A stretch of 64,000 nt of DNA from an uncultured Oscillospiraceae bacterium. Its GTDB lineage: Bacteria; Bacillota; Clostridia; Oscillospirales; Ruminococcaceae. Below the pieces are notes generated by a model. That model had not been told where the DNA came from, made no database searches, and was given only the letters and a program-made list of their open reading frames with translations. The stretch lies in assembly GCA_964622315.1 (NCBI GenBank), contig CAZUOY010000004.1:2064-66063 (forward strand), in the 5' to 3' direction. Of the stretch, positions 51,899 to 62,650 are shown piece after piece (the first letter of the stretch is position 1; each line of letters begins with the position of its first letter). Made by a program: the position numbers and the translations under genes.

Positions 51899-54237
51899 TA
51901 GAGAAGAAAAGCGGAGTTTTTCGTCTTTCCACCGCAAACACAAGCTACTGGTTCAGGGTGACGAAGCACGGGCACCTCGAAACCATCCATTATGGTCGGC
52001 GATTGAATGACGGCGAGGACATCGAGGCGCTTCTCGTTAAGCGCACGATAGAGCTTGGAAGCAGCGTGCTTTATGAGCAGGAGGACAGAACCTACTGCCT
52101 TGATAATATCTGTCTTGAGTGGTCGGGTATAGGAAGGGGCGACTTTCGTATGCCCGCCGCCGAAATAAAGATGCCCGACGGCAATTTTACAAACGATTTC
52201 ATATATAAGAGCCATAGTATATCCAAAGGATTCATCAAACCCGCAACGCTTCCGTCGGCGTATGGCGAGAAGGACGAGTGCGAAACGCTTGAAATAAAGC
52301 TATTAGACGAGCCGACGAACACAGAGCTTACGCTTTACTACACCGTATATGAAGAAACCGACGTCATTACAAGGCGGGCGGTCGTTACCAACCTCGCAAA
52401 AGCGCCGCTTTCAATCCGTCGGCTTATGAGTATGTCGATTGACCTGCCTAACAAGGCATATAAGCTTGTTACCTTCGACGGGTCATGGATAAGGGAGGCG
52501 AACCGCCACGACCGTGCGCTGCAGTACGGTATTTACGTCAATTCTTCTACCACGGGCGCGAGCAGCAACCGTCACAATCCGGGCTTTCTTATCGCCGAGG
52601 AGGACGCTGACGAGGAAAGCGGCGAGGTCTACGGCTTTAACCTCATTTACAGCGGCAACCACTACGGAGCGGCGGAGCGCTCGATATATGACCTAATTCG
52701 CGTGCAGCTCGGCATTAACCCCTACTGCTTTGAGTGGGAGCTGAAAAGCGGCGAAAGCTTTGAAACACCTGAGGCGATAATGACCTTCAGCGAGAACGGC
52801 TTCGGCGGAATGAGCCGTAATTTTCACGGTTTTATTAATAATCATATAGTCAGAGGGGATTGGAAGGGCAAGGAACGTCCCGTCCTCATAAACAATTGGG
52901 AATCAAGTTTTTTTAAGTTTACCCGAGGAAAACTAATGAAGCTCGCCCGCCGCGCAAAAAAACTCGGCGTTGAGCTGTTTGTGCTCGACGACGGCTGGTT
53001 TGGTAAACGCGACAGTGACAGAGCGGGGTTGGGCGACTACAGCGTTAATAAAAAGAAGCTTCCCTCGGGTATTACGGGTTTATCCAAAAGCGTAAAGAGA
53101 CTCGGCATGAAATTCGGGCTTTGGTTTGAGCCTGAAATGGTGAACGAGGACAGTGACCTTTTTCGAGCGCACCCCGAATACGCCGTTTCCGCGGACGGAA
53201 GAAGACCGGTTCTCGGGCGCAACCAGATGGTGCTTGACCTTTGTAATGAGGACGTTCGGAAGTATATAGTAGACAACGTCACACGCGTGTTGGATACGGC
53301 GGATATTGATTATGTTAAGTGGGATATGAACCGCCACATGAGCGACGCGTGCTCGAGAACAATATCAAATCAGGGTGAGTTTTTCCACCGCTATATCCTG
53401 GGGCTTTATGAGGTGCTTGAAAGGATATTCTACGCGCGCCCGCACATTCTGTTTGAAAGCTGCTCAAGCGGCGGAAACCGCTTTGACCTCGGAATGCTGT
53501 GTTTCTGTCAGCAGGTGTGGACCTCGGACGACACCGACGCGATGGAACGTCTTAAGATTCAGGGCGGGACCTCTTATCTTTATCCTCTTTCGACTATGGG
53601 TGCGCATGTATCCTGTTCGCCTCACCAGCAAACCCTTCGCGCCACGCCGCTTTCCACCCGCTTTAATGTCGCGGCGTTCGGTTGCCTCGGCTACGAGTTT
53701 GATTTAAATACTCTCAGCCGCGCAGAACAAAAGGAACTCAAGGAGCAAATCGAGTTTTACAAAAAGCACCGCCGCACATTGCAGTATGGCGACTTTTACA
53801 GGAACAAGTATCCGAAAAAGACAAAGACCGTTTGGCAGACCGTTTCGCCCGACAAAACCGAGTCGGTGGCGGGCTTCTTCCAAACGCTCGCGAGCGCGAG
53901 CGAGGGTTACGACTACCTTCCGCTTTCTGGCCTTGACGAGAATAAAAGGTACACAATAAAAACAAAGCCGCAAAGCCTTTATATCAAACGGTTCGGCGGA
54001 CTTGTTGAGCACCTTTTACCGTTTAAGCTTAACCCCGAGGGATTTATAATACGTACGGCGAACAAGCTATACGCGCTTTCTGACGGTGTGGAGGAATATC
54101 GAGTTTTCGGGAAAACCGCTATGAAGGGCGTTCGGCTGAATAACCAGTATATGGGAACGGGCTACAACGACAAGCTGCGTCTTCTCGGAGATTTCGGTTC
54201 GAGTCTTTATACAGTTGAAGAAAGCATCAACGACTGA
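51895..54237 (+). CDS. GH36 alpha-galactosidase
   Basis: ~780 aa with LFVLDDGWFGKRD, YVKWDMNR and CSSGGNRFD blocks. Confidence 0.85.
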   Translation: MIEKKSGVFRLSTANTSYWFRVTKHGHLETIHYGRRLNDGEDIEALLVKRTIELGSSVLYEQEDRTYCLDNICLEWSGIGRGDFRMPAAEIKMPDGNFTNDFIYKSHSISKGFIKPATLPSAYGEKDECETLEIKLLDEPTNTELTLYYTVYEETDVITRRAVVTNLAKAPLSIRRLMSMSIDLPNKAYKLVTFDGSWIREANRHDRALQYGIYVNSSTTGASSNRHNPGFLIAEEDADEESGEVYGFNLIYSGNHYGAAERSIYDLIRVQLGINPYCFEWELKSGESFETPEAIMTFSENGFGGMSRNFHGFINNHIVRGDWKGKERPVLINNWESSFFKFTRGKLMKLARRAKKLGVELFVLDDGWFGKRDSDRAGLGDYSVNKKKLPSGITGLSKSVKRLGMKFGLWFEPEMVNEDSDLFRAHPEYAVSADGRRPVLGRNQMVLDLCNEDVRKYIVDNVTRVLDTADIDYVKWDMNRHMSDACSRTISNQGEFFHRYILGLYEVLERIFYARPHILFESCSSGGNRFDLGMLCFCQQVWTSDDTDAMERLKIQGGTSYLYPLSTMGAHVSCSPHQQTLRATPLSTRFNVAAFGCLGYEFDLNTLSRAEQKELKEQIEFYKKHRRTLQYGDFYRNKYPKKTKTVWQTVSPDKTESVAGFFQTLASASEGYDYLPLSGLDENKRYTIKTKPQSLYIKRFGGLVEHLLPFKLNPEGFIIRTANKLYALSDGVEEYRVFGKTAMKGVRLNNQYMGTGYNDKLRLLGDFGSSLYTVEESIND

Positions 54238-54417
54238 AAACTCCTATATTACCGCGAAAATGCAAACGAAAAACTGAAAACGCAAAACGTTTAGGCAACA
54301 GTGAACAGTTTGAAAAACTAATTTTGTGCAAACCGACGCTTTTGAGAAAAAGTATCGGTTTTTTAATATATATGTGATATATTTATGGAGTAAAAATTCC
54401 GAAAACAGGAGCCGATT

Positions 54418-55572
54418 ATGGATAAAGACGCAAGGCGTCACCAAAGGGTGTTCAAATTTTTCTGCCATATAATTCCGCCGTTTGTAAAGGCGAAGTTTAA
54501 CCTTGAAAGCGAGCCTGCGCCAGCTATCGAGGGTTCGTATATAGTGCTTTCCAACCATACGGCGAACCTTGACCCCGTGCTGGTGTCCATGAGTTTTAAG
54601 TATCGCCAGATGTATTTCGTAGCGAGCGAGCACCTTTTCCGAATGGGCTTGGTCTCTTTCCTGCTTAAGCGTTACTTCGCGCCGATTTCAAGGATAAAGG
54701 GCGGCACCGACGCCTCGACTGCCATGAACGCTATCAGGGCACTCAGAAAAGGGCATAACGTCTGCTTATTTGCGGAGGGCAACCGCTCCTTTAACGGCGA
54801 AACCTGCCCCATACATCCCGCTACGGCGAAGCTGGTTAAATCCTCAGGCGCGTCGCTTGTAACGTATAAATTTACGGGTGGCTATCTTACTACTCCTCGC
54901 TGGGCGTTCTTCGACCGAAAGGGGAAAATGCACGGCGCAGTAACGGCGGTTTATTCGCCCGAGCAGCTAAAGCGTTTATCCACGCAGGAGATACACGAAA
55001 TAATCAAGGCTGACCTTTATGAGAACGCCTACGAGCGTCAGAAGAAGGAGCGTATTGAGTTTCGAGGAAAGAAACTTGCCGAGGGGCTTGAAACGGCGCT
55101 TTACATCTGCCCGAAATGCGGAGGAACAAGCACACTGCATTCTAAAGGCGACCGTTTCTGGTGCGATAGCTGCGATATGAGCGTGACCTATAACGTTTAC
55201 GGCGAGCTTGTCGGAAATTCGCCCTATGACAACGTGCTTGATTGGGACCGCTTTCAGCGCGAAAGGCTTTGCGAAACGGTTAAGGCAGGTAAAGACGGCG
55301 AAATCTTTGCGGACAACGACTTTACCCTTACCGTAGTTGGTGCGCGCCATAAGTCCTCGGTTGTGGCAAAGGGGCGGCTGTCAATGAGCTTAAAGGAGCT
55401 TCGTATTGGCGACACGGCGTTTTCAACCGACGAAATAACGGATATGAATATCATTTTGAGAAATATACTAATGTTCACGGCCAATGGCGCACATTACGAG
55501 CTGAGAACGACTAAGACAAACTGCTCACGCAAGTATTTTGAGCTTTACAGAGCAATAAATAAATTGATATAG
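54418..55572 (+). CDS. Lysophospholipid (1-acyl-glycerol-3-phosphate-type) acyltransferase with C-terminal zinc-ribbon extension
   Basis: HTANLD (HxxxxD) and FAEGNRS blocks; CPKCGG..CDSCD. Confidence 0.7.
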   Translation: MDKDARRHQRVFKFFCHIIPPFVKAKFNLESEPAPAIEGSYIVLSNHTANLDPVLVSMSFKYRQMYFVASEHLFRMGLVSFLLKRYFAPISRIKGGTDASTAMNAIRALRKGHNVCLFAEGNRSFNGETCPIHPATAKLVKSSGASLVTYKFTGGYLTTPRWAFFDRKGKMHGAVTAVYSPEQLKRLSTQEIHEIIKADLYENAYERQKKERIEFRGKKLAEGLETALYICPKCGGTSTLHSKGDRFWCDSCDMSVTYNVYGELVGNSPYDNVLDWDRFQRERLCETVKAGKDGEIFADNDFTLTVVGARHKSSVVAKGRLSMSLKELRIGDTAFSTDEITDMNIILRNILMFTANGAHYELRTTKTNCSRKYFELYRAINKLI

Positions 55573-55582
55573 AGGTGAACTT

Positions 55583-56992
55583 ATGAACTATTCTGCTGAA
55601 AACACGGCACTTTGGAACTCGATAATTCAGTTTGCGGTCATCGCGGCTATTATCGTTTGTTCAAACTTCCTCAGAAGGAAACTTCCGATTATCAGAAAAA
55701 GCCTTATGCCGATATCGGTCATAGGCGGCTTTCTGCTTTTGCTCCTTCGTACAGTTGGCGCTCTGCCGTTTGTGACAACCTCGTTTCTCGACACAATTAC
55801 CTATCACGGCATAGCTCTTGGCTTTATTGCCTTGTCGCTTCGCGTTCCCTCTAAAGAGGAAAAGGAACAGCGAAAGGGCAACCTCACGGGCTTAAAGAGC
55901 GGCGCGGTCATAGTAAGCTCATACCTAATCCAAGGCTTTTTTGGGCTTCTGATAACGCTGGCGCTCGCCTACACCTTTATGCCAAACCTCTTTAAGGCGG
56001 CGGGAATACTGCTTCCTATGGGTTACGGACAAGGACCGGGGCAGGCTAACAATATAGGCGGCTCATACGAGGCACAGGGCTTCGTCGGCGGACGCTCGTT
56101 CGGTCTTGCCATAGCGGCGGCGGGCTTCCTTTGCGCTTGCATAGTCGGCGTAATTTACATTAACATAATGGTTAAAAAGGGTAAGTTAAAAAAAGCCGAA
56201 CATGGTGAGGTATCGGGCTCGGTAAATATAGACACCTTCCAGGACGAAAACGAGATGCCTATTTCGGAGTCTATAGACAAGCTTTCAATGCAAGTCGCGC
56301 TTATTCTTGTTGTATACGGTCTTACCTTTCTTGTTACCTGCGGGCTTGAAAAGCTTGTCGGTCTTATCGCGCCGGGCGCGGTTTCCAGTGCCTCAGCGCT
56401 GCTTTGGGGCTTTAACTTTATGATAGGCTCGCTTCTTGCGATAGTGGTGCGCTCCGTAATAAACGCGCTAAGAAAGACGAAGATAATGACGAGGCAGTAT
56501 CAAAACAACTATCTGCTTAACCGTATATCGGGACTCGCCTTCGACGTTATGATAATAGCCGGCATCGGTTCCATTAGCATAGAAGACCTTTCGGGGCTTT
56601 GGGTGCCGTTCATTATCCTTGCAATTGTCGGCGGAATAACAACCTTTATCCATCTAAAAATATGCGCTAAAAAAGTATATCCCGATTATGAGGAGGAGGG
56701 TTTTGTTTCCATGTATGGAATGCTTACGGGAACGATAAGCTCAGGAATACTCCTTCTTCGCGAGCTTGACCCGGAGCTTAAAACACCCGCTGCGACAAAC
56801 CTCGTTTCAGGCAGTGCGTTCGCTATTGCCTTCGGCGCGCCTGTACTCGTGCTTGTAGGGCTCGCGCCCCAGTCTGACGCAATGACCTTTACCGTAGCGG
56901 GAATTATCGCCGTTTACTACTTTGTTATGATGGCGGTTGTGTTCTTGAAGGTGAAGAAGAAAGATAAACCTGAGGACAATAGCAAAGAGTAG
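55583..56992 (+). CDS. Sodium/glutamate symporter (GltS)-family permease
   Basis: Polytopic membrane protein. N-terminal pattern FLRRKLPIIRKSLMPISVIGGFLLLL resembles GltS. Confidence 0.55.
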   Translation: MNYSAENTALWNSIIQFAVIAAIIVCSNFLRRKLPIIRKSLMPISVIGGFLLLLLRTVGALPFVTTSFLDTITYHGIALGFIALSLRVPSKEEKEQRKGNLTGLKSGAVIVSSYLIQGFFGLLITLALAYTFMPNLFKAAGILLPMGYGQGPGQANNIGGSYEAQGFVGGRSFGLAIAAAGFLCACIVGVIYINIMVKKGKLKKAEHGEVSGSVNIDTFQDENEMPISESIDKLSMQVALILVVYGLTFLVTCGLEKLVGLIAPGAVSSASALLWGFNFMIGSLLAIVVRSVINALRKTKIMTRQYQNNYLLNRISGLAFDVMIIAGIGSISIEDLSGLWVPFIILAIVGGITTFIHLKICAKKVYPDYEEEGFVSMYGMLTGTISSGILLLRELDPELKTPAATNLVSGSAFAIAFGAPVLVLVGLAPQSDAMTFTVAGIIAVYYFVMMAVVFLKVKKKDKPEDNSKE

Positions 56993-57056
56993 TATAATGT
57001 AAAATTAAGAACGCCCCGTATTGAATACGGGGCGTTCCTTTTATTCTTGTTTTAGG

Positions 57057-59567
57057 CTACGGTTGAATTGTGGCTTTAAACTCGTCCATGCTCTTATAAA
57101 GACTTAAGTTTGTTATCGCAAGGCTGAGCGCGGTAGAATCCGCTGTATCCATATCAAGCATAACGGTTAGGTCGTCTATATCGGAGACGTCTATGCTAAA
57201 GGCTTCTGGCTGAGCTGTGCCGTTCGCGGCGCTTGAGGAATATAACAGCGAGCCGTCGCCGTAGATATAAAGCTTTCCCGAAACGCCGTCCTTTTCTATT
57301 CCCGCGGAGTTAGCGTGGGCGACGAAGACGCCGGTAAGCAGTTCGTAATCTCCGCCTATTTGGTATTCCTTTTCAAAGGTGTTTGAGGCGGTTACGGTGA
57401 ATATCTTTCCGCTCGTGTAATTATTCGCCTGGTTGTCGGTATCGGTGTTCTCGTTCCAGTCCGCCTCGGAGTAGCCCGAATCAGCGCTGTTGGAATCCTC
57501 TGACGTGAGGGTGAACACATTTATAGGCGCTATCCACGGCGTGTAGCTGTCGTAAAGAGCCTTGAGGTTAGTGCTGTTATGAGCGAGGTTTACCGCGTAA
57601 ACGATATTGGCATATGCGTCGCCGTATTTACCCTCAAGGATATAGGCGTTAATGACGCTTGTAATGTACGCCTCAAATTCACCTTCGTGCGTTGCGTATT
57701 GCGTCGCTATGTCGCTGTCGTCGGGAAGTAGTCTTTCAGCGGTGTCGTAAGCAGTAAAGCACGCGGTAAAATATCCGTTTGCAAAGTTGCTCTTAGTGCT
57801 CTCAAGTATGGAGGTTTTTAATGATTCCTTAGCGGTAGCGAGTTTTGTGAGTGCCAAATCGTAATTCGGACTAACCGAATCGACAAGCGACAACTGTTCA
57901 ACGGCTGTAATGAGGTCACCGCCGTCAAGAGCGGCTATGCCCGCCGTAAACGCCTCGTCGGAGGAATGCATCTTGCTCAGTGTGTCGGTCGCAAGAGCCA
58001 CCGCGTCGCCGAGCCCAGAAACCGAGGAGAGGGAAAGCAGCGCGTCCGCGGCCTCGTCATAGCTGAGCTTTCCGTCAATATAGGAGTTCAAAACTCTGTT
58101 GGCGAAGAAGCTCGCGACCTTGTCGGAAACCTTGGCTTGAAGCTCGCTTGTCGCAACGCCGGTTTCATATTTTACCGCCGCTGAGGTGTAATCCTTGGTT
58201 AGGAGACTGTAGGTAAAGCTGAGTGTCGGGAACAAAACGGCTGCCCCCGCGATAACAATAACAAGTATAACCGCCAGCGCAATCAGTCCGCCACGCCCCT
58301 TCTTTGCGCTTGAAACACCAGAGCGCCTTTTGGACGAGGATTTTGCCGAGCTCTTTTTTGAGCCCTTCTTTTTCTTTCCTCCGCGCTTTACCGCGCGCGG
58401 AGCAATATATGGAGGCGGCTCAAGCTCATCATTTTCGTCGTCGTAATCGTCCTGCGTGTCGTTGGAGGCGTTAAGCGCCGCGAAATATTCGTTCTCCTCG
58501 TCTGGCACAGCCGCTTTTATGACAGAAGGGGTTTCGGGATTTTCCATCGTTGGAGGAATATCCGCTGTCATATCATCGGCTTGAGGCAACGGTGTCTCAG
58601 CTATTTCGGGCAGTGGGTCCTGCCCGACGTTAATTGTCGTAAAGCTTGGACCCTCGTCGGAAAACTCGTTGTAAGGCTCAACGTCCTTCGCGGTTATGTT
58701 CTCTTGCCGCTCTGAATTTTCGGCAGGTATGGTTTCGCTTTGCGGCTCATTTACGGGTTCAAATTCAGTTTCACCGTCAGCGCTCAACGCGGCTTCGCTT
58801 AATTCGGCGTTAAAGCTTACAGGCTCGGGCTCAGTTGCAACGGCGTTATCAAAGGCAATTTCCGAATCAATGTCGGTGTGGGCATTTATGTCGTCCTCCT
58901 CGGATAAATCGAAAGAGTCGACCGAGGCTTCCGACGTCTGTATGGGTTCCTCAGCCGTCGGCTGCGCTGAGGCTCCCTTTATTGCTGAAAACGCTCCCGC
59001 AAAATAAGAGCTGTCGATAAACGGCTCGTCTGCGGACTCGGACTCCGCCGCGCGGGGATAAACAAGCGGCGTCGCGTCCTGTGGTTCGGCTGTAGGAGCA
59101 TCGTCGTCAAGCTGAGGGAAGCCACTTTCAAGCTGTTCGGCGGCACTTTCCTCTGACGGCGGAATATAACCGAAATCACCCTCGGAAAGCTGTTCACCTT
59201 GAGATAACATATCCGAAAACGGGTTTTCGTTTGCGAAGTTTTTTAGCTCCTCTTGGCGTATTACCTCAGTCGAGGTGGTGAGGTCCATCTCGTCCCATAT
59301 CGGGTTTATCCCGCTATAGGTTTGCACAGCGTCGGAGTTGTCGGGAAGGGGAGGCAACGAATCGAAGTTAGGCGCGACCTTATCGGGAGAGCGCTTATCC
59401 GCTTCGTCGTCGAAAAACGCCGAGGCAAGGGTAGAAAGTCCTTCATCAACCAGCGCTTTCTCGCTGTCGGCTTTCTTCTGCTGTGTTTTTATTGATTTTA
59501 AAAGCTCGTCGATTGCAGAGTCCTCGGGTGTTTTGCTTGTCCCGAAGGGGGAACTGTAGTTATCCAT
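57057..59567 (-). CDS. Large membrane protein: acidic disordered cytoplasmic N half, K/R-rich stretch, one TM, extracytoplasmic C half
   Basis: ATG 59567 (MDNYSSPFG). KRGGKKKKGSKKSSAKSSSKRRS followed by TM LIALAVILVIVIAGAAVLF. No catalytic motif recognised. Confidence 0.55.
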   Translation of the reverse strand: MDNYSSPFGTSKTPEDSAIDELLKSIKTQQKKADSEKALVDEGLSTLASAFFDDEADKRSPDKVAPNFDSLPPLPDNSDAVQTYSGINPIWDEMDLTTSTEVIRQEELKNFANENPFSDMLSQGEQLSEGDFGYIPPSEESAAEQLESGFPQLDDDAPTAEPQDATPLVYPRAAESESADEPFIDSSYFAGAFSAIKGASAQPTAEEPIQTSEASVDSFDLSEEDDINAHTDIDSEIAFDNAVATEPEPVSFNAELSEAALSADGETEFEPVNEPQSETIPAENSERQENITAKDVEPYNEFSDEGPSFTTINVGQDPLPEIAETPLPQADDMTADIPPTMENPETPSVIKAAVPDEENEYFAALNASNDTQDDYDDENDELEPPPYIAPRAVKRGGKKKKGSKKSSAKSSSKRRSGVSSAKKGRGGLIALAVILVIVIAGAAVLFPTLSFTYSLLTKDYTSAAVKYETGVATSELQAKVSDKVASFFANRVLNSYIDGKLSYDEAADALLSLSSVSGLGDAVALATDTLSKMHSSDEAFTAGIAALDGGDLITAVEQLSLVDSVSPNYDLALTKLATAKESLKTSILESTKSNFANGYFTACFTAYDTAERLLPDDSDIATQYATHEGEFEAYITSVINAYILEGKYGDAYANIVYAVNLAHNSTNLKALYDSYTPWIAPINVFTLTSEDSNSADSGYSEADWNENTDTDNQANNYTSGKIFTVTASNTFEKEYQIGGDYELLTGVFVAHANSAGIEKDGVSGKLYIYGDGSLLYSSSAANGTAQPEAFSIDVSDIDDLTVMLDMDTADSTALSLAITNLSLYKSMDEFKATIQP

Positions 59568-59765
59568 AAACAATCTCCCAAAAATAATATATATGAAACG
59601 ATATAAAATACAACTTATCAAATATCTATTTTATATGTATTTCAGCAATATGTCAATTTAGAAAAGGCTAATAGAACCAAATTACTGCGTATTGCTCGTT
59701 GAATGAAGTTTTTAATTGTGTTAAAATACATATACCCCTGTTTTACTATGAAAGGAAGCGTAAAA

Positions 59766-61694
59766 ATGGAACAAAAGAAGTTTTACATTACCACACCCAT
59801 CTATTACCCGTCCAACAAGCTGCATATAGGTCACGGCTATACTACCGTCGCGGCAGATGTTGTTTCGAGGTTTAAGCGAATGCAGGGGTACGACGTTATG
59901 TTCCTTACTGGAACTGACGAACACGGACAGAAGATAGACGATAAAGCGCGAGCGGCGGGCAAGACCCCAAAACAGTATGTGGACGAGATAGTCGCGACCA
60001 TAAAAGATTTGTGGAAGCTAATGAATATCTCCTATGACCGCTTTATAAGAACAACCGACGATTATCATATCGAGTCCGTTCAAAAGATATTCAAAAAGCT
60101 TCACGATAACGGCGATATTTACAAGGGCGAGTATAAGGGAATGTACTGCAAGCCCTGCGAGTCTTTTTGGACCGAAAGCCAGCTTAAGGACGGGAAATGC
60201 CCCGACTGCGGCGGCGAGGTTCAGGAGGCGAGCGAGGAAGCATATTTCTTCCGCCTTTCAAAGTACGCCGACAGAATACTTAAGCTCTATGACGACCAGC
60301 CCGATTTTCTTCAGCCCGCGTCCCGCGTAAACGAGATGAAGGCGTTTATAAATCAGGGCCTTGAGGATTTATGCGTTTCCCGCACCTCTTTTTCGTGGGG
60401 CGTGCCCGTGGATTTCGACCCCGGTCACGTGGTCTACGTCTGGGTGGACGCGCTCTCCAACTATATCACCGCGCTCGGCTACGGCAACGAACGGTTTAAC
60501 GATTACGACAGGTATTGGCCCGCCGACGTTCATCTTATGGCAAAGGAGATAGTGCGCTTCCATTCTATTATCTGGCCCGCGCTTCTTATGGCGCTGGATT
60601 TACCGCTGCCTAAAAAGGTGTTCGGTCACGGTTGGCTTTTGTTTGACGGCGGAAAGATGAGTAAGAGCAAGGGCAACGTGGTGGACCCCGTGGTGCTCTG
60701 CGACCGCTACGGCGCGGACGCGATACGTTACTATTTAATGCGTGAAATTCCCTTCGGTCACGACGGAAGCTTTACTAACGATAGCCTTATTAACAGGATA
60801 AACTCAGACCTTGCTAACGACCTCGGAAACCTCCTTTCAAGAACCGTTTCGATGGTTGAAAAGTATTTCGGCGGAACTCTTATCGCCGAAAGACAGCACG
60901 AGGCGGCAGATGACGAGCTAATAGCCATGTGCAACGCGCTGTATTCGTCGGTAAACGACTGTATAGACAAGCTTATGCTTCCGAACGCGCTTACCGAGAT
61001 ATTCAAGGTTATCTCCCGTGCAAACAAGTATATTGACGAAACGACCCCGTGGATTCTCGCGAAGGACGAGGCAAACAAGCCCCGCCTTGCGAGCGTAATG
61101 TATAACCTGTGCGAGGCGCTTCGCATTTCTGCCGTAATGCTTACTCCCTTTATGCCCGCGACCTCGCCGAAAATTTTTGCGGCGATAGGCGCAGGCGAGG
61201 ACGTGCAGACTATTGAGAGCGCTGTATTCGGAAGACTCAACCAGACCCTTTCCGTGACGAAGACAGAGGTGCTTTTCCCGCGTATAGACGTGGAAGCTGA
61301 GCTCGCGGAGCTTGAAGAAAAGCACGGAAACAAACAAGCCGAGACCGAAAAGAAAGCGGTGGAGCATCTGCCTGAGATAACATACGACGACTTTATGAAA
61401 AGCGAGCTTATTGTTTGCAAGGTGCTTTCCTGCGAGAAGGTGGAAAAGGCGGACAAGCTGTTGAAGTTCAGCCTCTTTGACGGCGAGCGTGAACGCACGG
61501 TGCTCTCAGGTATAGCGAAATGGTACAGCCCCGAGGAGCTGGTCGGGAAGAAGGTTGCGCTTGTCGCCAACCTCGCGCCCGCAAAGATACGCGGAATAGT
61601 AAGCGAAGGCATGATACTTTCAAGTGACCTCGGCGACGAGGCGAGGGTAGTGTTTATCGACGACGCTGTGCCCGAGGGCTCAAGGATAAGATAA
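59766..61694 (+). CDS. metG: Methionine--tRNA ligase with C-terminal tRNA-binding domain
   Basis: PIYYPSNKLHIGH (HIGH), KMSKSKGN (KMSKS), zinc knuckle CKPCE..CPDCGG, C-terminal EMAP-like LVVCKV..GIVSEGMIL. Confidence 0.93.
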   Translation: MEQKKFYITTPIYYPSNKLHIGHGYTTVAADVVSRFKRMQGYDVMFLTGTDEHGQKIDDKARAAGKTPKQYVDEIVATIKDLWKLMNISYDRFIRTTDDYHIESVQKIFKKLHDNGDIYKGEYKGMYCKPCESFWTESQLKDGKCPDCGGEVQEASEEAYFFRLSKYADRILKLYDDQPDFLQPASRVNEMKAFINQGLEDLCVSRTSFSWGVPVDFDPGHVVYVWVDALSNYITALGYGNERFNDYDRYWPADVHLMAKEIVRFHSIIWPALLMALDLPLPKKVFGHGWLLFDGGKMSKSKGNVVDPVVLCDRYGADAIRYYLMREIPFGHDGSFTNDSLINRINSDLANDLGNLLSRTVSMVEKYFGGTLIAERQHEAADDELIAMCNALYSSVNDCIDKLMLPNALTEIFKVISRANKYIDETTPWILAKDEANKPRLASVMYNLCEALRISAVMLTPFMPATSPKIFAAIGAGEDVQTIESAVFGRLNQTLSVTKTEVLFPRIDVEAELAELEEKHGNKQAETEKKAVEHLPEITYDDFMKSELIVCKVLSCEKVEKADKLLKFSLFDGERERTVLSGIAKWYSPEELVGKKVALVANLAPAKIRGIVSEGMILSSDLGDEARVVFIDDAVPEGSRIR

Positions 61695-62464
61695 TGAGCT
61701 ACAGCGGTATCTTCGACACCCACGCCCACTACGATGACGCGGAGCGCTTCCCTGATGTTGCCGCCGTGTTGACAACACAAAAGGCGAACGGGGTAGAATA
61801 CATTATAAACAACGCAAGCGACGAAAAAAGCTCGCTTGCCTCGATAAAGCTTTCCGAAAGCTTTGGTTTTGTCTACGCCGCCGTAGGATTACACCCCGAG
61901 GAGGCGGGAAAAGCAAGCGATGGCTGGCTTGACAGGATAGCCGACCTTACAAGGCGAAGTAAGGTTGTGGCTATTGGGGAGATTGGGCTTGACTACCACT
62001 GGCAGGAGCCGTCGCGTGATATTCAAAATGCGGCGTTTGAGGCTCAGTTAGGGCTTGCGCGTGAGCTTGATATGCCTGTTGAGATACACGACCGTGACGC
62101 TCACGGCGACATTACCGAGGCGGTGAAGCGGTTTAAGCCAAAGGGTTGCCTTCACAGGTTTTCCGGCTCGCCCGAAATGGCTCGTGAGATTGTAAAATGC
62201 GGAATGCTGCTCGGTATTGGAGGCGCGCTTACCTACAAAAACTCAAAAAAAGAGGCAGCAACCGTCGCGGAGATACCGCTTGAATATCTTCTTCTTGAAA
62301 CCGACTGTCCATACCTTGCGCCGGCGCAGTACAGAGGACAAACCTGCACGTCCGATATGCTCGGCGCGGTAGCTGAGAGGATAGCCGAGATAAAGGGAAC
62401 GAGCGCACAAACGGTGATTGACGTAACACGGGAAAACGCAAAAAAGCTTTTCAATATAAAGTAA
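61694..62464 (+). CDS. tatD: TatD-family metal-dependent hydrolase
   Basis: IFDTHAHYDD, IGEIGLDYHW, VEIHDRDAH and LLETDCPYL blocks. Confidence 0.85.
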   Translation: MSYSGIFDTHAHYDDAERFPDVAAVLTTQKANGVEYIINNASDEKSSLASIKLSESFGFVYAAVGLHPEEAGKASDGWLDRIADLTRRSKVVAIGEIGLDYHWQEPSRDIQNAAFEAQLGLARELDMPVEIHDRDAHGDITEAVKRFKPKGCLHRFSGSPEMAREIVKCGMLLGIGGALTYKNSKKEAATVAEIPLEYLLLETDCPYLAPAQYRGQTCTSDMLGAVAERIAEIKGTSAQTVIDVTRENAKKLFNIK

Positions 62465-62650
62465 AAAACTTCCGCCTAAAATGAATTTGGGCGGAAGTTT
62501 TGAATATTAGCCTTGTTTTTTGTTCAAACTATTTTCACAGGGGGCAAATTCGCGACTTAGTGCGCGAAGCAGGCGGAGCTTTAGTAAGAGCCGCCCGACA
62601 AGCCCGAAGCCGACACATGCTGCGGTATCTGCGAAAGGAATGGTCATATA

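Noticed and set aside
60758-61780. 340-aa minus-strand ORF inside metG
   Set aside because: It is fully antisense to a well-supported metG frame. The Ser/Ala/Ile-rich composition is typical of reverse-frame artefacts.
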